Assembly (NCBI GenBank): GCA_016707205.1
Contig: JADJHZ010000007.1
Span: 188,151 to 252,150, forward strand
DNA: 64,000 nt
Reading direction: 5' to 3'
From: Haliscomenobacter sp.
GTDB taxonomy: Bacteria > Bacteroidota > Bacteroidia > Chitinophagales > Saprospiraceae
The position numbers and the translations under genes were made by a program. The notes beneath the pieces were generated by a model that saw only the letters and a list, made by a program, of their open reading frames with translations, had not been told where the DNA came from and made no database searches. Shown in pieces: positions 42,392-54,300 of the stretch. The stretch's first letter is position 1. Each line of letters opens with the position of its first letter.

Positions 42392-45300
42392 TTATTTTAC
42401 CTCTGCATTGATCAGGGTAAAGAACAGGGCAGCATCCGCTCTGGCATAGACGATCACCGATCCGGAACTGCCCGGGCGCAGGATGCCGGGAGGGCCGGAT
42501 TTTTCAGCAAAAAGGAGCTCGAGTTCGGTCTTTTGTTCGTCCAATCCCTGGATGGTCCACGCGATGGGCGCTCCGCCTAAACTGGAGAGGATGACGCTTG
42601 GATTCAGAAGATCCAGGTTGCCCCCATTGGAAAAGTCGATCTGAAGCGCGACGACTTGCCGCGGCCGGGTATTGGCCGGCGCAGTAAAGTTGGTCAGTAG
42701 CAGCGGAGATCCCCCTGATTCGATCTGGAAGGCGTTGTTCAGGGTTGTCATAGCACCTCCGGTTTTGCGGGCACTCAGGGGATAAAGCCCCGGGGTATGC
42801 CCCCGGAGGTCAAACGTGGCAAACACACGGGTTCGATCGACATACCATACGGCGTTGGCCGTTATGGAATTGCTGTTCGAACCTTCCAACCGGAAGGTCA
42901 TACCCGGCTCGAATTTTGACCCATCGATCCGGAGCGTGATCTGCCCGCCATTTCCTCCTTTTGCCGCCTGTACTTTCCGGATCTGGAAAACGAGGATTTC
43001 TGCAAGCAGCCGGATGTTTTGCTGCGACCCGTTCCGGGTATTCCCCCGAACAAGGAGGTAATACGTGCCGGTAGCTAATTCGGGCACAATGATTTCCTGG
43101 CGCCCCGAGACGGCTTCTCCGTGAGCGAAATCAAACAGCACCAGGGAGGGAAGGTCCCCAAAGCGCAGATACATTTCGTTGGCGCCGTTCAGGGTATCCC
43201 CACTTAGGGTAAGCAGCATCGTTTCCCCTTGCAGGGTAGACGGCACTTCGATCCGGTAATACAGATCGGTCGAGTTGGGTAGCGTGGTTTGAACCGTCTC
43301 GCCGATGGGCAGGATCTTGACGTTGGCGTGTATTCGGTTTTCGGAAGCAGCCAGGTTGTTCGATTCGTCGCTTTCCAGGATGTTGTTCAGGATATCCGTG
43401 CGGACGAGGATATAGAAATCGCCCGCAGCTACTTTGGTTAAAGGTGCGGTAAGTTCATGCTCCAGCATACTACCTGGACCGAGGTTGATTTGGGCGTTTC
43501 GGGTACCCAAAAGGGCGTCTCCGACGTCCCAGCCGGGATCGGAAGACAAATAAACAGCTTCGCGCATTTGCCCGGAGGCAGGATTAAGCCCCGAATTTTG
43601 CAGTATCCACCGCACGGTAACAGAGGCGCCAGCGAGCGCGGAATCCGGCATCCGCACGTTGAGAACCTGGAGGTCGGAAGGCGGTGGCTGGGCGATCGAA
43701 ATAGCGGAAGAAGCCAGGTTATTGGTTTCCCCGAGATGCTCGTATACGGCATTGTTAACATCGGTAGCTGCCAGGAGGATAAAATTGCCGCTCAGATAGA
43801 CGGGAAGGAACAAATCGATGGTGTCGGAGTAGGCGTTTCCTGCGTTCAGCTTGCCGGAATGGGCTTTGGCGCCCAGGATAATATCTGAAGCGTCGAGATC
43901 AAAATCATTCGACAGGAAGAAGCGGTCGGACCAGGCGGCGACGGGGGTATTGCCCAGCCCTTTATTCCGGACGGTCCAGAAGACGCGGACGGTTTGTCCG
44001 GCAATGCCGGGGGAGGAGGCATTTAGGGCGGTTATGTGCAGATCGGTGGGCGGTGCAAGGGTAATTTGAATAGGCTGGATATTTCCGGAAGCATTGCGAA
44101 GCGCCCGGTGGTTGTTGCTCCGGTTGGAATCATTATTGAGGCCACTGTAGTCGGCGACAGCCAGCAGGTAGTAGGTTCCCGAAAGAGATGGGGGAAGGAG
44201 GAAACTGCGGGCGGAGGTATAGGTTTGCCCGGCGCCTAAAGGCCCGTACTTCAGCAGGGTGTCCAGCAACAGATCTGTATCGGGGTGGTAAACCGTATCG
44301 GAGGATAGGTAAACTGCATCTACCCACAAGGGGGAGATCGTTTCCGTGCCCGCCTGGTTCCGCACCTGCCACTGAACGGTGATGGAACTGCCCGAATTTG
44401 CCTGTGACGGGGCCGAAACTTGCACCATGGCCAGGTCAACAGGTGGTTGGGCTTTGATTTCAATTAACGGGCCGGCCAGATGATTATTCCCTTCCCCGTT
44501 GTATTCATAAAGCTGGTTTGCGGCGTCTGTCAGGATGTGCAGGTAGTAACTACCTGTTTTCAGCGTAGCGGGGAGGCTCACCTGAGAAACAACCGAGTAC
44601 GCGGAATCTTTGCCCAGCGGTTTATCCTGGATGAATTCCCTGATCAGTTGAGCTGAGGCAGGATTCCAAAGAGCGCTGGTGCTCAGATATATCCTGTCCC
44701 TCCAGTTTTCGTTCGAAGCGGCCCTGGAACCGATATTTTTTACCTCATACGACAAGCCGATCAATTGCCCGGCTGTGGCATTAGAAGGGTAACTTGCGGT
44801 CAGTACGTCGAGATCAACCCAGGGAGAAAGCCTGACGGTGATCGGGCCGGCGCCTGAAGCGCGGTTATTGGATAATCGGCCATTTTCGTATATCTGACCA
44901 TTAGGGTCTGCCCAAACGAACAAATAATAAGCGCCCTGGATGCCATTGGGTAAGCGAAGGTGGAATTGCTTATTCAGGCTGGCGCCCGCGTCGAGTTCCA
45001 CTTGCTGGGAATCCCGGCCGATTTGCGCAGCAGCCCCGGGATTAAACGCGCTTTGAGAAGAGAGCCAGACCGTTTGGGTAAGATAACCGGCGGGCAGTTT
45101 TCCTTCGCCTGTATTCTTAAGCGTCCAGCTTACGGTCAGCGTATCCCCGGAATTTCCCTGCGAAGGATACTGAACCATGGAAACGGTAAGGTCTGCCGCC
45201 AGCAGGCTGATCGAAGCAGTAGCGCGCCGCGTATTATTCCCGTCCAGATTATACTCGTATACCTGATTGTCTGCATCGGTATGGACGTAAAGGTAATAAG

Positions 45301-48300
45301 GACCGGCCAGGCGTTCGGGAGCATTGACGGTGAGGGTAACGGGGTAACTGGCTCCCGGCGTTAGAGGCTGATAACGGACTTGGGCGCCCAGGACAATCGC
45401 TTCGGACAGTACGAGACGGACGGGGTTGGGACTCAGGTAGATGACATCTTTCCAGGCGGCTTTGGCATCTGACCCTCCCTGGTTCTCCACGGTCCATTTA
45501 ACCGTAAATGAGGCTCCGTTGGTTACGGAAGCCGGGATTTCCAAACTGCTCACGATCAGGTCGGAAGGCGGCGTAAGGATCACGTTAATTGCTGTGCTGA
45601 CACCAGCGTTGTTGTTTTCAGCGGCATGTTCGTATTCCTGCTTGAAGAAGTCGGTCAGCACATGCACGTAATGAACGCCCGAAATCCCTTCCGGTAACGG
45701 AGCCGTGAGCATTTGCGTATAGCTGCTGTCGGGTTGCAACGCTTTGGAAAAGGTCGTTTTTCCCAGGATCGCAGCATTGGAAGGATCCAGAACCGCGCTG
45801 TTAGAAAAATAGACGTAATCGGTCCATCCTGCAGACCGGGTATTGCCGGTCCCTTTATTGGTAATTTTCCAGGAAATGGCAATGGATGCGCCGGAGAAGG
45901 CATTATTCGGTACAACGACGCCGGTAACCTGGAGGTCGGGCGGAGGGGTAAGCGAAATGTTGACCGGGGCAAGCGAAAGGCCAAAATTGTTGGTTTCGTC
46001 GCTTTCCGGTATCCGGGTGTACGCGTCGGTTCGGACAAACAGGTAATATTCTCCGGAGATGCCTTCCGGAAGTTTGACGGTTGCGGAATGGGCATACCCC
46101 TGTCCGGAACCGAGCGCACTCAAGTTGGGTACGCTGGCCAGGAGCGGATCGATTTCGCTGGTATAGAAGGGGTCTGCCGACAGATAGATCGCATCAAACC
46201 AGGTAGCGCTTCCTGTGCCGCCTTTCCCGGTGTTATACACTTCCCATGTTAAGTCGGCCGGCTGCCCGGAGAAGGCTAACGCCGGGATTTGTACTTTGCG
46301 TACGGAAAGATCGGGTAAATCGATCAGGGTAAACGATTGAACCGGCCCATCGGTGGCGCAGTAGGGATTTTTTGCTGAAACCTGCCATTGATATACGGAA
46401 CCCAGTTCAAGAGCAGGACTCCGGTAGAGGAAGCTGATGTCTTCAAGCCCGGAAGCGGTTGGTTGGGCCGGACGGCTGGTTCCGTATTTCCACAGGTAGA
46501 AGTCGTATTCGGTAGCACCCGTCGACGGCGACCAGGAGAAAGCAATAGGCAGGTTCATTCCCGAAGCGCTGTTTGCCGGAAGCATGTTGCCTGCGGCTGC
46601 CGGGAAGACGAGGTTTTGTACTTCAACGGACAAGGTATCGTTCCCGGGGTGGGTATCCTCGGGTAAAAGGGTATAGACGTCAAAGAAATAGTTGCCTGGT
46701 GCGCTGAGGTTGGCGGTGGCGGTAAAGGTAAATTCGGCGCTTGCCCCCGGCCGGATATTCAAGTTGCCGACGTTCTGCACTGTTGCCGGTCCTTTGTTTA
46801 TCCGGTAAGCCACGTTGAAGTTGCTCAAAGCCAATCCGCTGTAGTTCTGTATCCGAATCTTCACCGGTAACGCCGCTCCTGCGGCGCAGGAAGAAACCGG
46901 CGACAACAGGGCGGTTACCCCGGCATCGTCCAGGATATAGCTGAACTCATCGGCGCCAATGTCCGGATAACCGGCATTCCGCGCTTCTCCGTCAATGTCG
47001 TCTTTTACGGTAGCCAGAGGAGAAGCTGCGCTGTCAAGGGCAGGCTGAAAACAGTGCAGGTCGGTGTTGGAGACAAACAGGGGATCTGCGGAAATGGACT
47101 GGTTGTCTTTGCCCGTCAGGGATTTCCATGCAGACAGGCTGGAGGCTGTGTTGTAGTTCCAGAAGCCAAGTTTGTTGCCGCTGACGAAGTAGTTGTTGAA
47201 GTTCATATTGTCTATGCCGTATGGATTAGGGGCATAGATGGCAAAGCCTCCGCCTGTATTCGAAAAGCTGTTGTTGACCAGATTCACGTGGTCGGAAGCA
47301 GCGATCTGTACGGACTGGCTGTTGGGATTGCTGTTGGTCAGGTGGACGCTGTTGAAGTAAATATCCACATAGGCATTGTAATTGCTGTAAAGCCCATTGG
47401 CCGGTTGAGTTCCGGCCACATGCACGAAGTTGTTGGCCACGAGTAAGCGATCGGAAGAACTACCCCTACAATCATACAGCCAGATCCCGCTTCCGGCGGC
47501 GGCGTTGATCTGGTTTTTCTCGATGCGCATACCTCCGTTGCCATTTTGAGCAAAAATGCCGTAGAAATTGCCGGCGCTTTGAGACGCGATCTTATTCCCC
47601 CGAATGATGGGAGCCTGTTGGTAACGCAGGTAAATACCTCCATTTTGCGGGTTGGCGAACTCGTTGTCTTCAATAACTTGGCCTGGTTCGGCTGCTCCTG
47701 GCGCCAGGTACAGCCCATAGCCGCCGTTCTCAAACCGGTTTCCCGCCCAGGTATTGAAGCCTCCCGGCGAGGAAGAGGAAGCATTGATCAGCGGCGAGGC
47801 GGCAGCGCTTTCCGACCGAAAGCTATTGCCGAGGAACTGCAGGTTGGAGGCGCTCCGGCGAAGGTCGATCAGAGTGGCATAAACCGAGCTGCTGGTCCGG
47901 AATTGAATCTCCCGGAAGACGGCAAACTGGGTTCCGTCGAGCAGCAGCACATAATTGGACGCTTGTTTTTGCTGGTCAAAGCGCCACGTAACCGAGGCGG
48001 AAGATTCGGGGCGGAAAACAACTGGTTTTTCCTGCCCGGCCCCCCGGATACGGTTCAAAACCACTTGTTCGTTGTAAATCCCCGGGCGGACTTCGAAGGT
48101 TACGGCTCCCAGAACACCCCCTTCGTTAAGGCTCATGACCGCTTCAGCGAAGGAGGTGAAATCCGGTGAAGCGCCCCCAATGGTATACGTTCCTTCCAGT
48201 GCGGGGAACAGGCCGGTAACGGTCGCCGAGTCGTTGGAAGGCTGGAGGTCGGGTTTGCCGTTAGGGGACTCGGTATAGGCCAGGATCTCATGTCCAATAC

Positions 48301-51300
48301 CGGCTTTGAAGTTAAACAACCCGGCGGTGAGCGTGTCGGTCTGGCCGGAGGTAAGGATGCCGCTCCAGGGAACGGCCGGCTGCCGGATATTGTCTATTTG
48401 CCATTGGATGGTCAATGTGTTGAGGGTATCCGCGCCATGGTTTTTAACTGCGAGCCTGACCTCCCGTTCTCCTGCCCCAAAGGGGGTCTGGCGGTTTGGG
48501 GAAAGGATTTCTGCCACGCCTGCGTCGTTTTTGACGATGGGGAAGAACTCATCAGCCCCGATATCAGGGCGTTGCGGGTCGCGGGTTTGCCCATCGATGT
48601 CTGTCTTCACTTCCGGAACCGGGGTTGCAGCCCCGTTAAGGGCGCTAGAAACCATGTGGAGGTCGCCCGGCGAGGCAAATGGAGGCAGGATACTGAAGGA
48701 ATTGAGGTCGTACCCCGCTTCAGAGCGCCACCCTTCGAGGTTTTCATAGGTTTTCGCCTCCGTTTTGACCAACTGGGCGCCCGAAGTAAACAGGTTGTTA
48801 AAGTTGGACACATTGATCCCGCCAGTTTGCCAGTCCATGGCCAGTCCGCCTCCGCTATTAGCGAAGAGGTTATTGAGCAGCCGGATCGAACTACCCTGGT
48901 AGCTTCCGAAAGCGATGGCATCGGAACGGGTGCTGGTTTGATGCACCGAATTGAAGTAGGTTTTGATCAGGCTGCAATAGTATAGGTAAAGGCATCTGCT
49001 GTAGTTGCTCCCCGCTCCAACCTGGATAAAATTGTTGGCGATCAGCCCTTCGGCGCCCTGAAGCCCCTGGGAGTTTTCAATCAAAATTCCATTCCCTGCT
49101 TTAATTCCGGTGAAGTTATTTCCCAGAATGCGGAAACTGCCCTTTCCATAGCGCATATAAAGCCCCCGGAAGGAGGAATACGAGGAGGCGGTTCGGAGTG
49201 TATTGCCGCTGGCCTCAGGCGCTTCCTGATAAGACAGAAATATCCCCGTGTAATACGGATCCACCAGCACATTTTGGGTAAGCTGGGCGCCATAATCGGG
49301 GTTGGCGTCATTTTGTCCTTGCAGGAGAAAACTGTAGCTGCCGTTGATAAGGGTGTTTCCGGTAAAGACGTTATTGGAGTCCGCTTCTGCACCTGAATAG
49401 ACTATGGCCACCCGGTCGTCGGTGCTGCCCGTCGTTTTCGTTTTCAGGGTGCAGTGTTCCAAACGGTTATTGCCTGCAGCACCCCGAATATCCAGCACTC
49501 TTCCATAGGTAGCGTCTTTGGCTTCCAGGGTCATGTTCCTGAAGCGCACCCAATGCGATCCGTTCCATTGCAGGACGTAGTTGCCTTGGCTGGTAGCCGT
49601 GAATTGAAGGGTTACGCGGGTACTATCTTCTTCTTCGGATTCAAAAGCGACGGTTTTTTCGGCACTCGATCCGAGAATGGAGGGGACGGTAATTTGCTCG
49701 GTATAGATGCCATTTCGGATTTTGAATGTAACCGCATCTACTACGCCTCCCCTGGTTAGCGCACTAATGGCTCTGGAGCATGTGGGAAAATCAGGAGCGG
49801 TTCCTCCAATCGTATAGATCCCTCCCAGGGCAGCATAAAGATTGCTCACCTTGGCGGTGTCGTTGAGCGGATCTTCATCGGGTTGCCCATTGGGTAAATG
49901 CGTGTACGCCGCGATGGAATAGCTGCTGTCGACCCGGAACGGGAATACGCCGATAGACAGGTCGTCGAGCGTTCGGCCTGATTTGAGGGACCCCGTCCAG
50001 GTGAAGGGAGTTTGGGCTATTCCATTAACGAGCCACCGGATCTCTACGGCGCGCAGGGTATCCAGTCCGTTATTAACCAGGGTAACTTTTACCGGTTGAG
50101 CAGTAGCGGCAAAAGGCGGTTTAGGGGCGGAAATCATCGCTACAGAGGCATCGTAAGCGGAGGTGTAAAATTCATCGGCCCCCATATCGGGCTTCATCGC
50201 ATCGCGTTTCTCTCCGTCGATATCGGTTTGAACCCGGGCAAGAGGAATGGCTGATTTATCCAGGGCTACATCCGTAAGGTGCAGATCGGAATCGGAAATA
50301 AACCGCGGTTTGATGGATATTGAATGGGAATCCTGCTTGACCGACGTGCGCCAGGCAGCCAGGTTGCTTATATTGCCATTCCAGTAACCCACGTTTGCCC
50401 CGGCAGTATACAAGTCGTTATAGTCGGAATTCAGGATGCCAGACGTATAGTAGTTGTAATAGGCATACCCGGCGCTGCTGTGAATGAACAGGTTGTTCAA
50501 CACCTGGTTCTCGTACCCGTAATAGTTGTAAAAAGCTTTGCTTTCTGCATGGGTAGTGGTATTGTGAACGCTATTGAACGCTACCTCCACCTGGGTGCAG
50601 GACCCCAATCCAAGCCCGTGGTAATTTTGGGTTCCCCAGGTATGGATGAAGTTGTTGCCGACGGTTACGGGTTTTTCGGCGGTCGCATAAATGCTGATCA
50701 GGTAAATACCAATAGCATCCTTGAGTCCAGTAAGCTGGTTACCCGTGATCCGGCTTTCTCCTTTGCCATCTGACCAGTAGATCCCGGCATATCCTGGCGT
50801 ATTGCCGGAAGCGGTGAACAGGTTGGCGCGCACCATCAGGTTGCTCAGGCTGGACAGGTAAATGGCCCGGTAATACTGATTGTTGAACTGGTTGCTGTCG
50901 ATAACCAGGCCGCCGATGTAATTTCCGCTGTTGTAGGGCCCGTAGATATAAAAGCCAAAAGACCCTCCCTGGAACCGGTTGGATGTAAACCGGTTGGCCT
51001 CCCCAATGCTGTTGTAGCTGTAAACTAAGGCATTGGCATCAGCGTAAGAGTTATTGGACGGCCCTTCCATGACATTGTTTTTAAAAACATTATGGTGGGC
51101 GCCATCCGCCAGCACGATGGACCGGGTGTATTGGGTGCCTCCCGGCCGGAAGGTCATTTTTTGGAATTGAACGTAAGAAGTCCCTGTAAGCTGCACCAGG
51201 TAGTTGGCGTTGTAGTCGGAAGTAGTAAATGCCAGGACCACCGCGCTGCTGTCCCCACTTTCGGACTGAAATACGGTGGTTTTTTCCGGCCCGTTCCCCG

Positions 51301-54300
51301 GAATGGTTTTCAGGTTAAGTTTTTCGGTATATGTTCCATTGCGGATCATAAAGACGACTGGAGCGTGAATGCCGCCTCGGGTAAGCTGGGTAACCGCTGC
51401 GGTGAAGGTGGGGAAATTTGGGGCGGCGCCGCCAATGGTATAGGTTCCGCCCAATCCGGCGTAGAGGCTGTCAAGTGACAGCGTATCGTTGGAAGGAACG
51501 GGATCTGAAAACCCGTTGGGGGTAGTGGTCCAGGCCAGGATGCGGTAGGATTGCCCCAGCATGAATGGTACGCTGCCCAGGGTGATTCGCAGCGTGTCGT
51601 TGGAAAGCAGAAGGCCGGACCATTCTCTTGAGGTTTGGGTTGCTCCATTCACTTTCCATTCGATCCTCAGGTTTTGCAGCGGATTAGCGCCGTAGTTTTT
51701 GATCAGGGGAACCAGAGGTTGTTCTCCAACAGGGAAAGGGTACGCTGCAGTTCCCAGCATTTCCAGGCCTGCATCAACAGGGGATGGGGTGAATTCATCA
51801 GCCCCGATATCCGGTTTTTGGGCGTCTCTGGGTTGGCCTTCGATGTCGGTGGAGATGCCTGCAGGGGCCCCGGCTTTGTTCAGACCGATTTGAGTGACGG
51901 CAAAGGCCGTATCTGACGTAAAGCGCGGATCAACGGATACGGAGTGCCCATCGAAGCCGGAAGTAGCTTGCCAATCTGCCAGATTTGCAATTTTCAGCGT
52001 TTGGAAGGCCAGATAACCGCCAGTAGCATACAAGTCGTTGTAATCCGACTCGGAAAAGATGCCGGCGCTTCCCATTTCAAAGGCGTATCCGCCGCCCGAG
52101 TTCACCAGAATGTTGTTGACCATCCGGTTGTCCCTGCCACTGTAAGCATACAGCGCTTTGGACGCGCTATGGGTATTGAGTACGCGGACGGTGTTGTGCA
52201 GCAGATGTACAAAATAGTTGTATCGAAAATCGACCCCCCTGATCTCTTCGGTTGCTTCTGCATGGACGAAGTTGTTGCAGACGAAAATAGGGTTCTGAGC
52301 TGTCCCGGTGAAGGATTCCAGCGAAATTCCCTCTCCGCGCCGGAGTCTGGTAATCTGGTTCGAGCAGATCTTTCCGGGGCCTTTCCAATAGAACAGATTG
52401 AGCGCAATGGTATTGTAATAGGCCGACGGGCTTTGGATTTTGTTCTTTTCCAAGGAGCAATCTTCCATGTACCGCAGGTAGGCGGCGGAAACATAGTTGT
52501 TGATGAAAGCATTGCTTTCAATGGATACTTTTTTGGAATACCGGTCGTACAGGCCGCCCAGGTAGATTCCGTAGCTTCCGTTCTCGAACACGTTGTTTTT
52601 AAGGGTAAATTCCTGGGCGTACAGGTTATCTCCAAACAGAATGGCTTTGTCCGTTCCACTGGAGGTGGTACTTTCCCCAACAAGGCGCAGGTTTTCCATT
52701 CGGAGGTTTTGGAGGTTTCCTTTTAGAGAGAAGATGCGGGTGTAATACCCGCCGCCGCTCCGGAAGCCCAGCTTGCGGAAGGTGACCCATTTCGCGTTAT
52801 CCAGCTCTGCGACGTATAGTTTGTCGTAGGTAGCGTTGTTGAAGGTGATCGTCACTGCCGAACTATCGCCCGATTCGCTTTGGAAGACAACGCCGGCATC
52901 AGGTCCGGCGCCGGGAATCTCGTGCAGGGAGAACTGATCGATATAGGATCCATTCCGGATGTTTAAGGCCACCGGCGCGTATATGCCGCCGGTGTTCAGG
53001 ATGGTTACCGCGTCCGAGATTTTTTGGAAATGAGGATTGTTGCCGCCAATGGTGAATGCGCCACCCAAACCGGCATACAGATTCCCTTTGGAGGCCGTAT
53101 CGTTGACCGCGACCGGATCGGCCATTCCGTTGGGCAGGTTACCCCATGCTTTCAGGGAATAAGGCCTCCCCAGGGAGAAAGAAGCATTCCCCAGCTTGAT
53201 CCGGACGGTGTCTTTGGTGTTCAGGGTCCCTGTCCAATTCCGGGGCGGTTGAAGGGTATCGTTGACGGTCCAGTGAACGGATACACTGGTAATTGGATTC
53301 ACCCCGAAGTTTTTCAACACGGCCCATACCTCCTGACTCCCCGGCGCGAAGGGGAAAGCGCCGGGGGCTACGGAAATCATCCCGGCATCTAGGGAAGGAG
53401 GATTGAATTCGTCGGCCCCGATATCCGGGGTGGCTGCGTTGCGCGGATCGCCCTCCAGGTCAGTTGTAACCAGGGCGTCGGGTAAGGCGGCGCCATTAAG
53501 CGCAATTTGTACCACGTGGAAGTTGGTATCTGCAACAAACAGAGGATCCAGGGAAATGGAGAACGAATCCAGCATCGTTTGCGCCTGCCATTCGGAAAGG
53601 GTGGCACTGGGGGCGTTCCAACTCCCAAGTACGGCCCCTTTAGTATACAAGTCGTTGTACCTGGACAGGACGGCGCCCGCAGAACCATTGATCTGTAGAG
53701 CAAATCCTCCCCCTTTATTGGACAGGATGTTGTTTTGAAGACGTTTGTTCGACCCATAATAAAGGTAAAAGGCCGCACTGCCAGGGTTGGTGTTGGTCAG
53801 GTTGACGGAGTTGTAAAGAAAAAGCTGCCGGTTTCCGTAGGAAGTGTAGAAACCAAAGGCGGATGATTGTCCGCTCAAATGGATAAAGTTATTGGCTACA
53901 AGGAAGGGAAAGGTATCCGGCGCGTTGACTTCATAAAGGTAGATGCCTTTGCCTTCGTTCAGGCCATATACTTTGTTTGCCGTGATCTGACCCGCTCCGG
54001 TGAAGGAGGAGAGGTGGATGCCTTCTTTGCCGGTATTGGTGGAGGTGGTTGACAAGGTATTATTATGGATGATGATTCCCTGGATATAGTTGGCGTAAAT
54101 ACCGCCGGCCTGAAAATTGCTCAGCCGGTTGCTTTCCAGCCGAAAATTTTTGTAGGGCAGATTGTATCCGCCTTCAAAATAGAACCCGTAGGCGGAATTT
54201 TCCAGAAGGTTGTTTTTCCAGGTGTTGTTCTCTTTGAGGACGGGGTCGCCGGCGTAAACCAGGACGTGCCGGTTGCCGGAGTAGTAGGTGATTAGCGGCC